Shown: piece after piece, positions 20,141 to 28,421 of the stretch
How the letters are laid out: each line of letters begins with the position of its first letter
How positions within the stretch are numbered: position 1 is the first letter of the stretch
Source of the DNA: an uncultured Myxococcales bacterium
GTDB taxonomy: Bacteria; Myxococcota_A; Bradymonadia; UBA7976; UBA1532
Direction: 5' to 3'
Length of the DNA stretch: 64,000 nucleotides
Assembly (NCBI GenBank): GCA_903847385.1
Contig: CAINDO010000224.1
Span: forward strand, 3,941-67,940
The notes under the pieces: generated by a model
Told to the model about the DNA's origin: nothing
Database searches by the model: none
The model's input: the letters and a program-made list of their open reading frames with translations, nothing else
Program-made: the position numbers and the translations under genes

Positions 20141-21208
20141 ATGACCCCAGCGCGCACATCGGCCCGTGAACCCGGGCTGCCGGTCCTGGGTGCCGACGCC
20201 GCGGGCGCGTTGACGGACCGACACGCGCGCACGATCCGTTATCTTCGTGTCTCCGTCACGGACCGCTGCAACTACCGCTGCGCCTACTGCATGCCCGCCG
20301 AGGGGTGGGCCATGTCCCCCCGGGCCGAGGTCCTGCGGCTCGAGGAGATCGTGGCCCTCATCGGCCACTTCGCCGCGTTGGGCGTCGAGCGCATCCGGTT
20401 GACCGGCGGCGAGCCGCTCGTCCGCCGCGGCATCGTGGAGCTCGTCGGGCAGATCGCCGGCGTCCCGGGGATCCGCGAGATCGCCATGACGACGAACGGA
20501 CACCTCCTGCCGTCGATGGCCGCGGACCTGTACGCCGCGGGACTCCGCAGCCTGAACGTGAGCCTGGACTCCCTGGACCCCCAGCGCTTCGCGGCGCTCA
20601 CCCGCGGCGGCGACCTCGCCCGGGTCCTCGCGGGCCTCGACGCGGCCGCGCGTGCGGGCTTCGCGGACATCAAAGTCAACGCCGTCGTCGTCGCGGGTCA
20701 GAACGACCACGAGCTCGCGGACCTGGCCGAGTTCTGCTGGACGCGGGACATCCAGCCCCGCTTCATCGAGCTGATGCCGATCGGGCAGCTCGAGTTCGCC
20801 CGCCCGGAGAACGTCGTCACGACCGACCGGATGCTTGCCAGTGTCGGGAAACGGTATCATCTGCTACCGTCCGGTAACGAGTGCGGCGTCAATCCGCGGG
20901 GACCGGCGAAATATTGGCGGGTTACGGAAGGACGACATGCCGGTCGCCGGTTGGGCATCATCAGCCCGCTCTCCGACGACGGTTTCTGCGCGACTTGCAA
21001 TCGCGGCCGGCTGACGTCTCTGGGCGGATTCCGCCCCTGCCTGGGAAACGATGAAGAGGTCTCGCTCCGGGACGCCCTGAGAGGGGGTCGGAGCGCCGTT
21101 GAAATCGAGAAGCTGATCCGCGACGCCGTCCACGGAAAGCTCGCGGCCCACAACATGCATGACGTTGCACGCGCCCCCCGGGATGCCATGACCGGCATCG
21201 GTGGGTGA
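20141..21208 (+). CDS. moaA: GTP 3',8-cyclase MoaA (molybdenum cofactor biosynthesis, radical SAM)
   Basis: YLRVSVTDRCNYRCAYCMP carries the CxxxCxxC radical-SAM cluster motif. The C-terminal CATCNRGRLT contains cysteines for the second cluster. Confidence 0.88.
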   Translation: MTPARTSAREPGLPVLGADAAGALTDRHARTIRYLRVSVTDRCNYRCAYCMPAEGWAMSPRAEVLRLEEIVALIGHFAALGVERIRLTGGEPLVRRGIVELVGQIAGVPGIREIAMTTNGHLLPSMAADLYAAGLRSLNVSLDSLDPQRFAALTRGGDLARVLAGLDAAARAGFADIKVNAVVVAGQNDHELADLAEFCWTRDIQPRFIELMPIGQLEFARPENVVTTDRMLASVGKRYHLLPSGNECGVNPRGPAKYWRVTEGRHAGRRLGIISPLSDDGFCATCNRGRLTSLGGFRPCLGNDEEVSLRDALRGGRSAVEIEKLIRDAVHGKLAAHNMHDVARAPRDAMTGIGG

Positions 21209-21224
21209 ACGAGGAGCAGGAATC

Positions 21225-21722
21225 ATGGAACACACTGGAGAACTCGAGTCCAAGAGCGGTGGCGGGCCCAAGCCCGTCTCCACCTGGCAGCGCGCGCGGG
21301 GCATGGTGGGCCTCGTCGCCGCGGTCGGCGCCTTCTACGCGGTCATGAGCAGCATGGCCGGCGGCGGTGGGGCAGGGACGGGTACGTCGTACTTCCTCGA
21401 TGCCTCGGAGGCCCGTGCGAAGCTCAGCGCGCTCGACGGCAAGACCGTCCGCGTCAAGGGCAACGTCATCGTCGGCTCCTACCAGCACCCCGAAGGGACC
21501 ACGGACCACACCTTCGACATCGAGGAGAAGGGCGAGGTCATCCACGTCCGCTTCCAGGGGCCCCTGCCGGACGTCTTCAAGGAAGGCCTGCCGGTCGTGG
21601 CCGAGGGCGTGATCAACGGCGCCGGTCAGCTCAAGGCGACCGAGGTCGTGGCCAAGTGCCCCTCGAAGTACGAAGAGGGCAAGGTCTCCGAACAGGCGAA
21701 AGAAAAGATGGGGTCGAACTGA
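21225..21722 (+). CDS. ccmE: Cytochrome c-type biogenesis heme chaperone CcmE, CxxxY variant
   Basis: ATG at 21225 follows AGGAG. An N-terminal TM anchor is followed by an OB-fold domain. The C-terminal VVAKCPSKYEE aligns with the canonical LAKHDENY, with Cys (codon 21657-21659) in place of the heme-binding His. Confidence 0.85.
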   Translation: MEHTGELESKSGGGPKPVSTWQRARGMVGLVAAVGAFYAVMSSMAGGGGAGTGTSYFLDASEARAKLSALDGKTVRVKGNVIVGSYQHPEGTTDHTFDIEEKGEVIHVRFQGPLPDVFKEGLPVVAEGVINGAGQLKATEVVAKCPSKYEEGKVSEQAKEKMGSN

Positions 21723-24169
21723 TGTTCAGCCTCAACGTGCACCAGCTGGGGGACTTTCTCCTCCATGGGGCCATCATCGGCTGCGTCTTTGCGGCGCTCG
21801 CCAGCCTGGTCGGTTACAAGCGGCGCGACGGCCGCCTCATGCTCGCCGGCGAACGCGCAGGCTACGTCGTGACGGGCATGATCGTCACGGCGGCGCTCCT
21901 GCTGCTCAACTCGTTCCTCACGCACGACTACGAGAACAAGTACGTCGCGCACTACTCCGACAACAACATGCCCTGGTACTACCTGATCGCCTCGTTCTGG
22001 GGCGGGCAGGCCGGCTCGTTGATGTTCTGGGAGACCGTCCTCGCCATCATCACCGGCTTGGTGATCTGGCAGAATCGCGAACAGAATCGAGACCTTCTGC
22101 CCACCGTGCTGGCGATGCTGGCCGGTCTGCAGATCTTCTTCCTGTCGATGATGGTCATCGAGGCCAACCCCTTCGCCACGTTCGCCATCAACGAACCGCC
22201 GGTGAACGGGAAGGGGCTCGAACCGCTGCTGCAGAACCCGGCGATGACCTTCCATCCGCCCAGCCTTCTGAGCGGGTACGTCTGGTTCTCCGTGCCCTTC
22301 GTCTTCGCGCTCGCCTCGCTCATCCATCGCCGCCTGGACGAGACCTGGATTCGCACCACGCGCCGCTACGCCGTCATCTCGTGGGGCTTCTTGTCCATGG
22401 GCAACCTGTTCGGGGGCATGTGGGCTTACCAGGAGCTCGGCTGGGGCGGCTTCTGGGGCTGGGATCCCGTCGAGAACGCCGCGCTCATGCCGTGGATCTC
22501 GGCGACCGCCTACCTGCACTCCGTGATGATCCAGGAGCGCCGCAAGCTGCTGAAGGTCTGGAACATCTACCTGGTGCTCCTGACCGGTTACCTCACCCTC
22601 TTCGGCACGTTCCTCACCCGCGCCGGCGTCATCGACTCCGTGCACACCTTCGCCCAGAGCGACATCGGCAGCTATTTCGTCGGCCTGCTGTTCGCCGTGC
22701 TCATCGCCACGCAGGGCCTGATGGCCTGGCGCGTGGCCGACGGCTCGCTCGCCCCGGGGAACGACGACGCCGCCTGGAAGACCTTCTACGACGCGCATCC
22801 GGACCTCCGTCGGCGTGCGGTCACGCTGGCCGTCGGCACCGCAGCCGCCCTGAACGTGGCCCTGTTCCTCTGGGCGAACGGGCAGGCGACGAACGAACTG
22901 CGCAGCGCCGCCTGGCTCATCGGCTTCGCGTTCCTGGGGATTTTCGGGATGCCGCTGATCACGATGATCTCGCAGTCCGTCGTCCGCAGCCTCGTCGCCG
23001 GTCCTCAGCAGCCGCCGGTGACCGCACGCGTCGAGGACATGGCCAGCCGCGAGGGTGTGTTCCTCCTGAACAACTACGTGCTGCTCAGCATCCTCTGCGT
23101 GGTCATGTTCGGCACGGTCGGCGAGAAGGTCAGCCTCTTCTTCTGGGAGCCCACGAAATACAGTGCGCCCTGGTACAACGGTTGGCTGGCCCCCCTGGGC
23201 ATCGCCCTGCTGCTCCTGATGGGCATCGGCCCGCTGGTCCCGTGGCGCAAGATGTCGATGTCCAGCTTCCGGTCCAACCTGCTCTGGCCGCTCGTGGCCT
23301 CCCTGGGCGCGACGCTGGCGCTCTGGCAGATGGACATCTACCACCTGAAGACTCACCTCGCGCAGACCAGCTTCCCGATCGGCGAGGTCCCCATCGGCCA
23401 ACTGCTCCACGCATCCAAGCTGACCGGCGTCTACACGGCGCTCGGGTTCATCGGGGCCATCTTCGCGACCGTCACGCTCTCCATGGAGTTCTACCGGGGC
23501 ACGCGTTTCCGGCAGAAGAGCACGAAGGAGGCCTTCTTCCTCGCGCTCGGTCGCCTGGTGGGCAAGAACCGGCGCCGCTACGGCGGCTTCGTGACCCACC
23601 TCGGGTTCGCCGCGCTCTTCCTCGGGTTCATCGGCACGGGCCTGAAGACCGAGATCGACATGACCTTCAACGGTGAGGGCCAGTCGCAGAACATCGAGGG
23701 CCACCAGCTGACCTTCCGCGGATTCGACCACACCGACAATCGCGAGTTCGAGGAGTGGTTCGCCCGCTTCGAGGTCGCGCGACTCGGCGCCGAGGGTCAG
23801 CCCCCGGTCGTCGTCGGCGAGCTGAGGCCCTCGCGGCGCTTCTACCACGGCGCCAACGTGCAGATGTCCCGCTCCACGACCGAGAAGGACGAGATCGACG
23901 GCCTCGCCGGGAACCTCTACGTCTCGCTCGTCTCGTTCCGCCCCGGGTCGAAGAGCGCCGAGATCATGGCGCACTACAACCCGATGATCATCTGGATGTG
24001 GATTGGCGGTGCCTTGGTGCTGCTCGGGGTGGTCTTCGCGATCTGGCCCGAGGCGCAGCCCTACCCGGTCTTCGCCGCCGCTCGAAAGCGCGCGCGCTCC
24101 GACGGCGCCGCCGCAGGATCCGAGGTCGACGCACCGTCGGCCGCCCGTTCCACCGTCGAATCTACGTGA
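21722..24169 (+). CDS. ccmF: Cytochrome c-type biogenesis protein CcmF (heme lyase subunit)
   Basis: ATG at 21722 overlaps the ccmE TGA. 815 aa, polytopic, with a WGGFWGWDPVEN tryptophan-rich WWD motif and conserved His residues. Confidence 0.9.
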   Translation: MFSLNVHQLGDFLLHGAIIGCVFAALASLVGYKRRDGRLMLAGERAGYVVTGMIVTAALLLLNSFLTHDYENKYVAHYSDNNMPWYYLIASFWGGQAGSLMFWETVLAIITGLVIWQNREQNRDLLPTVLAMLAGLQIFFLSMMVIEANPFATFAINEPPVNGKGLEPLLQNPAMTFHPPSLLSGYVWFSVPFVFALASLIHRRLDETWIRTTRRYAVISWGFLSMGNLFGGMWAYQELGWGGFWGWDPVENAALMPWISATAYLHSVMIQERRKLLKVWNIYLVLLTGYLTLFGTFLTRAGVIDSVHTFAQSDIGSYFVGLLFAVLIATQGLMAWRVADGSLAPGNDDAAWKTFYDAHPDLRRRAVTLAVGTAAALNVALFLWANGQATNELRSAAWLIGFAFLGIFGMPLITMISQSVVRSLVAGPQQPPVTARVEDMASREGVFLLNNYVLLSILCVVMFGTVGEKVSLFFWEPTKYSAPWYNGWLAPLGIALLLLMGIGPLVPWRKMSMSSFRSNLLWPLVASLGATLALWQMDIYHLKTHLAQTSFPIGEVPIGQLLHASKLTGVYTALGFIGAIFATVTLSMEFYRGTRFRQKSTKEAFFLALGRLVGKNRRRYGGFVTHLGFAALFLGFIGTGLKTEIDMTFNGEGQSQNIEGHQLTFRGFDHTDNREFEEWFARFEVARLGAEGQPPVVVGELRPSRRFYHGANVQMSRSTTEKDEIDGLAGNLYVSLVSFRPGSKSAEIMAHYNPMIIWMWIGGALVLLGVVFAIWPEAQPYPVFAAARKRARSDGAAAGSEVDAPSAARSTVEST

Positions 24170-24179
24170 GTACACGCTC

Positions 24180-24530
24180 GTGTTCCTCTTCCTCGCCGTC
24201 GTGGCCGCGCTGGTCACGCTCTACCTCCTCGGTCGCGCGGTCAGTCCGCTCACCGAGCGTTCCGTGTTCACCGCCGCCGACTGGTCCCGTGTCGAGGACG
24301 AGTCCGCCGATCTGCTCGCCCAGCGAGACCGCCTGATCGGTGAGCTCAAGGACCTCGAGGTCGAGGCCGCGATGAACAAGATCGACCCCAACGACCTGTC
24401 CCGCCTGCGTGCACGCTTCGAGACCGAGGCGCTCGAGGTGGTGCGCCGCATGGACGAGCGCGCCGCGCAGTACGCCGACCGCCTGGGGCAGAAGCCGGCC
24501 GAGAGCCCCGCCGCACCGGAGGCCCCGTGA
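24180..24530 (+). CDS. Small membrane-anchored coiled-coil protein (about 116 aa), function unknown
   Basis: In-frame GTG 11 nt after the ccmF stop. VFLFLAVVAALVTLYLL is a TM helix, followed by a charged coiled-coil segment. The start is uncertain and no RBS is seen. Confidence 0.35.
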   Translation: MFLFLAVVAALVTLYLLGRAVSPLTERSVFTAADWSRVEDESADLLAQRDRLIGELKDLEVEAAMNKIDPNDLSRLRARFETEALEVVRRMDERAAQYADRLGQKPAESPAAPEAP

Positions 24531-25792
24531 AGCGCTTCCATCGTTTCCTCGGCACCGCCCTCGTGGCCGCGCTCTGCCTCGCGCCCGTCCTCGCTTCAGC
24601 ACAGCCTGCGATGGGCGGCGGCGCGGGCACCGCGGGTCTGCCACCGTTCCTGGCCAAGATGCAGCGCCACGACGTCACCGTGCACGTGGTGCGGCGGAAC
24701 GGGCAGGGGGGCACGGCCGCCGCGCCGGCCGATCTGCCGGTCTCGATCCTCATCACCGCCGGCGGGTCCAAGGTCCGCAGCTACGAGAGCAAGACGGGGG
24801 CGGACGGCGTCGCCGCGTTCACGGGCATCCCGACCAACCCCGAGGTCCAGGCGGACATCGGCTATGTCGTCTCCGTCGACGTCGACGGCGTGCGGTTCCC
24901 GTTCACGGCGAGCACGATCCCGACGGACGGCGGCTTCGTCGAGGTCGCCGTGCCCGAGGTCGGCACGAACCCGGCCGACCTCACGCTGGCGCACAGCCAC
25001 ATCGAACTGTTCCCCGACGAGGAGAACCTCGTCGTTCGCCACACGATGCAGGTGTCGAACCGCAGCGACAAGGCCATCGACCTTTCGCTGCAGCCCGGTG
25101 GTGGCCTGCGCCTGCCGCTCCCGGCGGGCGGCAAACACCCCGAGCTCCACGAGGACCTCTCCAAGGACATCGTGGAGGTGCGCGGCACGGACCTCTACTA
25201 CAAGGGCGTCGTGCTCCCGGGGGGGCAGCCCACCGAGGTCACGGTCATCTACACCATCGAGTATGACGACCCCGTCTTCGAGTGGACGCACGCGGTGCCG
25301 GTCCGCACCACGGGCGCCCTCGTCGTGGCGCCGACCGGGCGGCAGCAGGGCCAACGCGTCGACCTGCCGCTCGGCCTCCTGACCCGGGGTGATCAGGGCG
25401 CCGTCCAGACGCGTGACGTCGGCGAGGGCAAGCGGTTCCAGGTGCTCCGGATGCCCGGGCTCGACCTGGCGCCCGGTCAGCCGGTCCGATTCGCCATCAC
25501 GGGCCTGCCCGTCGAGGGTCGCTACAAGCTGGGGGCCATGGTCGTCGCCCTGCTGTTCGTCGTCGGTCTGGTCTTCTTCGGCTTCCGGGGCTCCGCCGCC
25601 GGCGACACCGAACGACTCTCTCGCGCGCACCTCGAGAACGAACGCGACCGCCTCCACAAGGCCCTCGACCGGATGCGCAAGGCCGTCGAGAAGGGCCGCC
25701 TGAGCCACGCCCGCTTCGAGCGCGAGCAGGAGGCCATCACGGCCCGCCTCGTGTCCCTCTACCGAGCCCTGGACCGCCTGGAAAAGACCTGA
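24527..25792 (+). CDS. Secreted hypothetical protein (421 aa) with a carboxypeptidase-regulatory-like beta domain, a C-terminal TM helix and a coiled-coil tail
   Basis: GTG at 24527 overlaps the previous stop. The signal peptide LGTALVAALCLAPVLASA precedes a TGADGVAAFTGIP motif. A TM helix (AMVVALLFVVGLVFFGF) lies near the C-terminus. The stop overlaps the ccmA ATG. Confidence 0.55.
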   Translation: MKRFHRFLGTALVAALCLAPVLASAQPAMGGGAGTAGLPPFLAKMQRHDVTVHVVRRNGQGGTAAAPADLPVSILITAGGSKVRSYESKTGADGVAAFTGIPTNPEVQADIGYVVSVDVDGVRFPFTASTIPTDGGFVEVAVPEVGTNPADLTLAHSHIELFPDEENLVVRHTMQVSNRSDKAIDLSLQPGGGLRLPLPAGGKHPELHEDLSKDIVEVRGTDLYYKGVVLPGGQPTEVTVIYTIEYDDPVFEWTHAVPVRTTGALVVAPTGRQQGQRVDLPLGLLTRGDQGAVQTRDVGEGKRFQVLRMPGLDLAPGQPVRFAITGLPVEGRYKLGAMVVALLFVVGLVFFGFRGSAAGDTERLSRAHLENERDRLHKALDRMRKAVEKGRLSHARFEREQEAITARLVSLYRALDRLEKT

Positions 25793-26511
25793 TGGCCGGT
25801 GAGGCATTCGAGTCGGTCGAAACCCAGCGGGTCGGCCGTCTCTACGATGAGAGCTACGCGCTCGTGGACGTCTCCGTGACGTTTCGTGCGCGCACGGTGA
25901 CCGCGCTGCTCGGCCCCAACGGTGCGGGCAAGTCCACGCTCATGGGCATGCTGTCCACGGCCCTGCGCCCCTCCGAGGGCAAGGTGCTCTACGGCGGCTA
26001 CGAATATCCGGAGAACGACCCGACGCTTCGGGCGCGCATCGGGTACCTCGGCCACCGGCCCATGCTCTACAGCGAGCTCTCGGCGACGGAGAACCTCGCG
26101 TTTTTCGCCCGCCTCCATGGCGTCGGGCCCGAGGCCGTGGCGCATTGGCTCGGCCGCGTCGGCCTGACACGCGCCGCGGACCGCCCGGTCAGTGGCTTCT
26201 CCCGGGGCATGGCGCAGCGCCTCGCGCTCGCGCGCGCCCTGCTGTCGAGCCCCAGCCTCCTGCTCCTCGACGAGCCCTTCACGGGCCTCGATCCGGAGGG
26301 CGTCCGCCTGACGAAGTCCCTGGTGGCGGAGCGGCGGGACGCCGGCGCCATCGTCGTCCTCGTCACGCACGACCTCGCGGTCACGGACGACCTGGCGACC
26401 GCCGCGGTCGTGCTGCGGGGCGGGCGTCTGGCGTATGCCGGCCCGAGCGGCGGCGATCTCGCCGGCCTCTATCGCGATCACGCCGAGGCCCGGGAGAAGC
26501 GCGCGTCATGA
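25792..26511 (+). CDS. ccmA: Heme exporter ABC ATP-binding protein CcmA
   Basis: Walker A LLGPNGAGKSTL, ABC signature SGFSRGMAQR and Walker B LLLLDEP. TGATG overlap with the upstream gene and ATGA overlap with ccmB. Confidence 0.85.
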   Translation: MAGEAFESVETQRVGRLYDESYALVDVSVTFRARTVTALLGPNGAGKSTLMGMLSTALRPSEGKVLYGGYEYPENDPTLRARIGYLGHRPMLYSELSATENLAFFARLHGVGPEAVAHWLGRVGLTRAADRPVSGFSRGMAQRLALARALLSSPSLLLLDEPFTGLDPEGVRLTKSLVAERRDAGAIVVLVTHDLAVTDDLATAAVVLRGGRLAYAGPSGGDLAGLYRDHAEAREKRAS

Positions 26512-27185
26512 ACTTCTGGCCCACCGTCGCGCTCGTCTGGAGCAAGGACATCCGCGTCGAGCTGCGCTCCAAGGACACCCTGGTCACGCTGGTGCTCTTC
26601 GCCCTCGTGCTGACCATGGTGTTCACCTTCGGCTTCGCCAGCGACCCGCAGACCAACCTTCGGGTCTTCCCGTCGGTCATGTGGGCCTGCGTGCTCTTCT
26701 GCGGCACGCTCGGCGTCGGCCGCACCTTCGCCCGTGAGGCCCGGGACGGCGCGTTCACGGCCCTGGTCCTGTCGCCGGCCCACCGCGGCGCCATCCTGAC
26801 GGCCAAGACGCTCGTGAACCTCGTGCTGACGCTCATCGTGACCGCGCTCACCACGCCGATTCTCGCGGTCATGCTGCGCGTGGACCTCACGGACGTCCTC
26901 GGCCTCGTGGCCGGGCAGCTCTTCCTCGGTGCGGCCGGGTTCGCCCTGGTGGGCACGCCCCTGGCAGTGATGGCCGTGAACGCCCGCTTCGCCGAGGTCT
27001 TGCTGCCGATGGTGGTCTTCCCGCTCGTCGCGCCCATCCTCATCGCCGGTGTCACGGGCACGGCGGCCATCCTCGGCACGATCCCCGAAAACGATCCGCG
27101 GCCGTGGTTTCAGCTCATGTTGGGCTTCGACCTCGTGTATCTCGTCGGCGGACAGTTCCTCTTCGACAAAATGGTGACGGAGTGA
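26508..27185 (+). CDS. ccmB: Heme exporter protein CcmB
   Basis: ATG at 26508 is residue M122 of tracker ORF 26145..27185. It is a 225-aa six-TM protein of the CcmB family. Confidence 0.85.
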   Translation: MNFWPTVALVWSKDIRVELRSKDTLVTLVLFALVLTMVFTFGFASDPQTNLRVFPSVMWACVLFCGTLGVGRTFAREARDGAFTALVLSPAHRGAILTAKTLVNLVLTLIVTALTTPILAVMLRVDLTDVLGLVAGQLFLGAAGFALVGTPLAVMAVNARFAEVLLPMVVFPLVAPILIAGVTGTAAILGTIPENDPRPWFQLMLGFDLVYLVGGQFLFDKMVTE

Positions 27186-27192
27186 GGCTCTC

Positions 27193-27876
27193 ATGAACGT
27201 CCGACTTGCGCTCACCGCGCTCGCGACGATCGGCGTCGTCGCCGGCCATTGGCTGGCCTTCGACTTCGCGCCCGTCGAGGCGCAGATGGGCGTCGTCCAG
27301 AAGATCTTCTACTTCCACGTGCCGAGCGCCATGGCCTGTTACGCCGGCTTCATCGCCTGCTGTATCGGCAGCCTCGCCTACCTGTGGACCCGCAAGGGCC
27401 GCTGGGACGCCCTGGCGCTCGCCGGTGCCGAGCTCGGCCTGATCTTCGGCCTGATCGTCTTGATCACCGGGCCACTCTGGGCGCGACCGGCCTGGGGCGT
27501 GTGGTGGAAGTGGGAGCCGCGCCTGACCTCCATGGCGCTGCTCGTCCTCATGTTCTCGGCCTACTGGGTGCTCCACACCTTCGGCGGGTCCGGTGAGGGT
27601 GTACGCCGCTTCGCCGCGGCCCTGGCCGTCTTCGCCACGCCGAACATCTACTTCGTCCACGTCGCCGTGGAGAAGTGGAAGGGCATGCACCCGGAGATCC
27701 AGAACAAGGGCAGCGGCGGCCTGAGCCCGGACATGCGAACGGCCTTCGTCGTCTGCATGGTCGTGCTTCTCCTGCTCTTCGGGCTGCTCCTGGAGCAGCG
27801 CTATCGAATGCACCTGCAGTCCCGCCTCGTCGCCGCTCTGCGCCGACGCATCCACCGCATCGGAGGTGATGCATGA
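27193..27876 (+). CDS. ccmC: Heme exporter protein CcmC
   Basis: Carries the WGVWWKWEPRLT WWD-type tryptophan-rich motif characteristic of CcmC. Polytopic membrane protein. Confidence 0.88.
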   Translation: MNVRLALTALATIGVVAGHWLAFDFAPVEAQMGVVQKIFYFHVPSAMACYAGFIACCIGSLAYLWTRKGRWDALALAGAELGLIFGLIVLITGPLWARPAWGVWWKWEPRLTSMALLVLMFSAYWVLHTFGGSGEGVRRFAAALAVFATPNIYFVHVAVEKWKGMHPEIQNKGSGGLSPDMRTAFVVCMVVLLLLFGLLLEQRYRMHLQSRLVAALRRRIHRIGGDA

Positions 27877-28151
27877 ACGCCCGCTCGCGACGCCTCTGCG
27901 TCGCCCTCGTCGCCAGCCTGCTCTCTGTGCCTGCCCTTGCCTGGGCCCAGAACCCCGAGACGGTCACCCAGTTCGTCGGGAGCAGCGACCTCGACGCGAT
28001 GAAGTACCGCCATCTCTGGCTCGCCTACGGCGTCATCTGGCTGCTCATCATGGCTTTTGTCGCCCGCACGGCCCGCCGTCAGAGCGAACTGAAGAAGGAC
28101 CTCGACCTGCTCTCCTCGCGGGTCGACGACATGGAGAAGAACCGTGAGTGA
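27873..28151 (+). CDS. ccmD: Probable CcmD-like small membrane protein (92 aa)
   Basis: ATGA overlap with ccmC. The TM helix HLWLAYGVIWLLIMAFVA fits the CcmD Y-G-x-x-W pattern. It is longer than classical CcmD because of an N-terminal signal-like extension. Confidence 0.5.
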   Translation: MNARSRRLCVALVASLLSVPALAWAQNPETVTQFVGSSDLDAMKYRHLWLAYGVIWLLIMAFVARTARRQSELKKDLDLLSSRVDDMEKNRE

Positions 28152-28305
28152 ACCGTCCCTGCTCTCGGCGCCACCGCCGACCCACGTCGTCTACATCCCG
28201 TTCGTGATCCTCATCGGCATCATCATCGGGTTCGTCATCGGCCGCAAAGCCGGCATCAAGCAGGGCAAAGCGGAGTTCCTGGGCGGGAACGACGAAGACG
28301 TCTGA
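28144..28305 (+). CDS. Possible small hydrophobic ORF (53 aa)
   Basis: GTG at 28144 overlaps the ccmD stop. The ORF encodes a single TM helix YIPFVILIGIIIGFVIGRK. It is below the ORF-track size cutoff and is called on hydrophobicity alone. Confidence 0.25.
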   Translation: MSEPSLLSAPPPTHVVYIPFVILIGIIIGFVIGRKAGIKQGKAEFLGGNDEDV

Positions 28306-28421
28306 TCGGGCTTGAATCGGCCCGGGAGCGGGCGGGGGAGTCGGCGCCGAAGGGCGCCTCGGGCGGAGGCTCGGGAAGGGCTCTCGAATCCGGCGGCGTC
28401 GGGCGACGCGGCCGAGGACAC

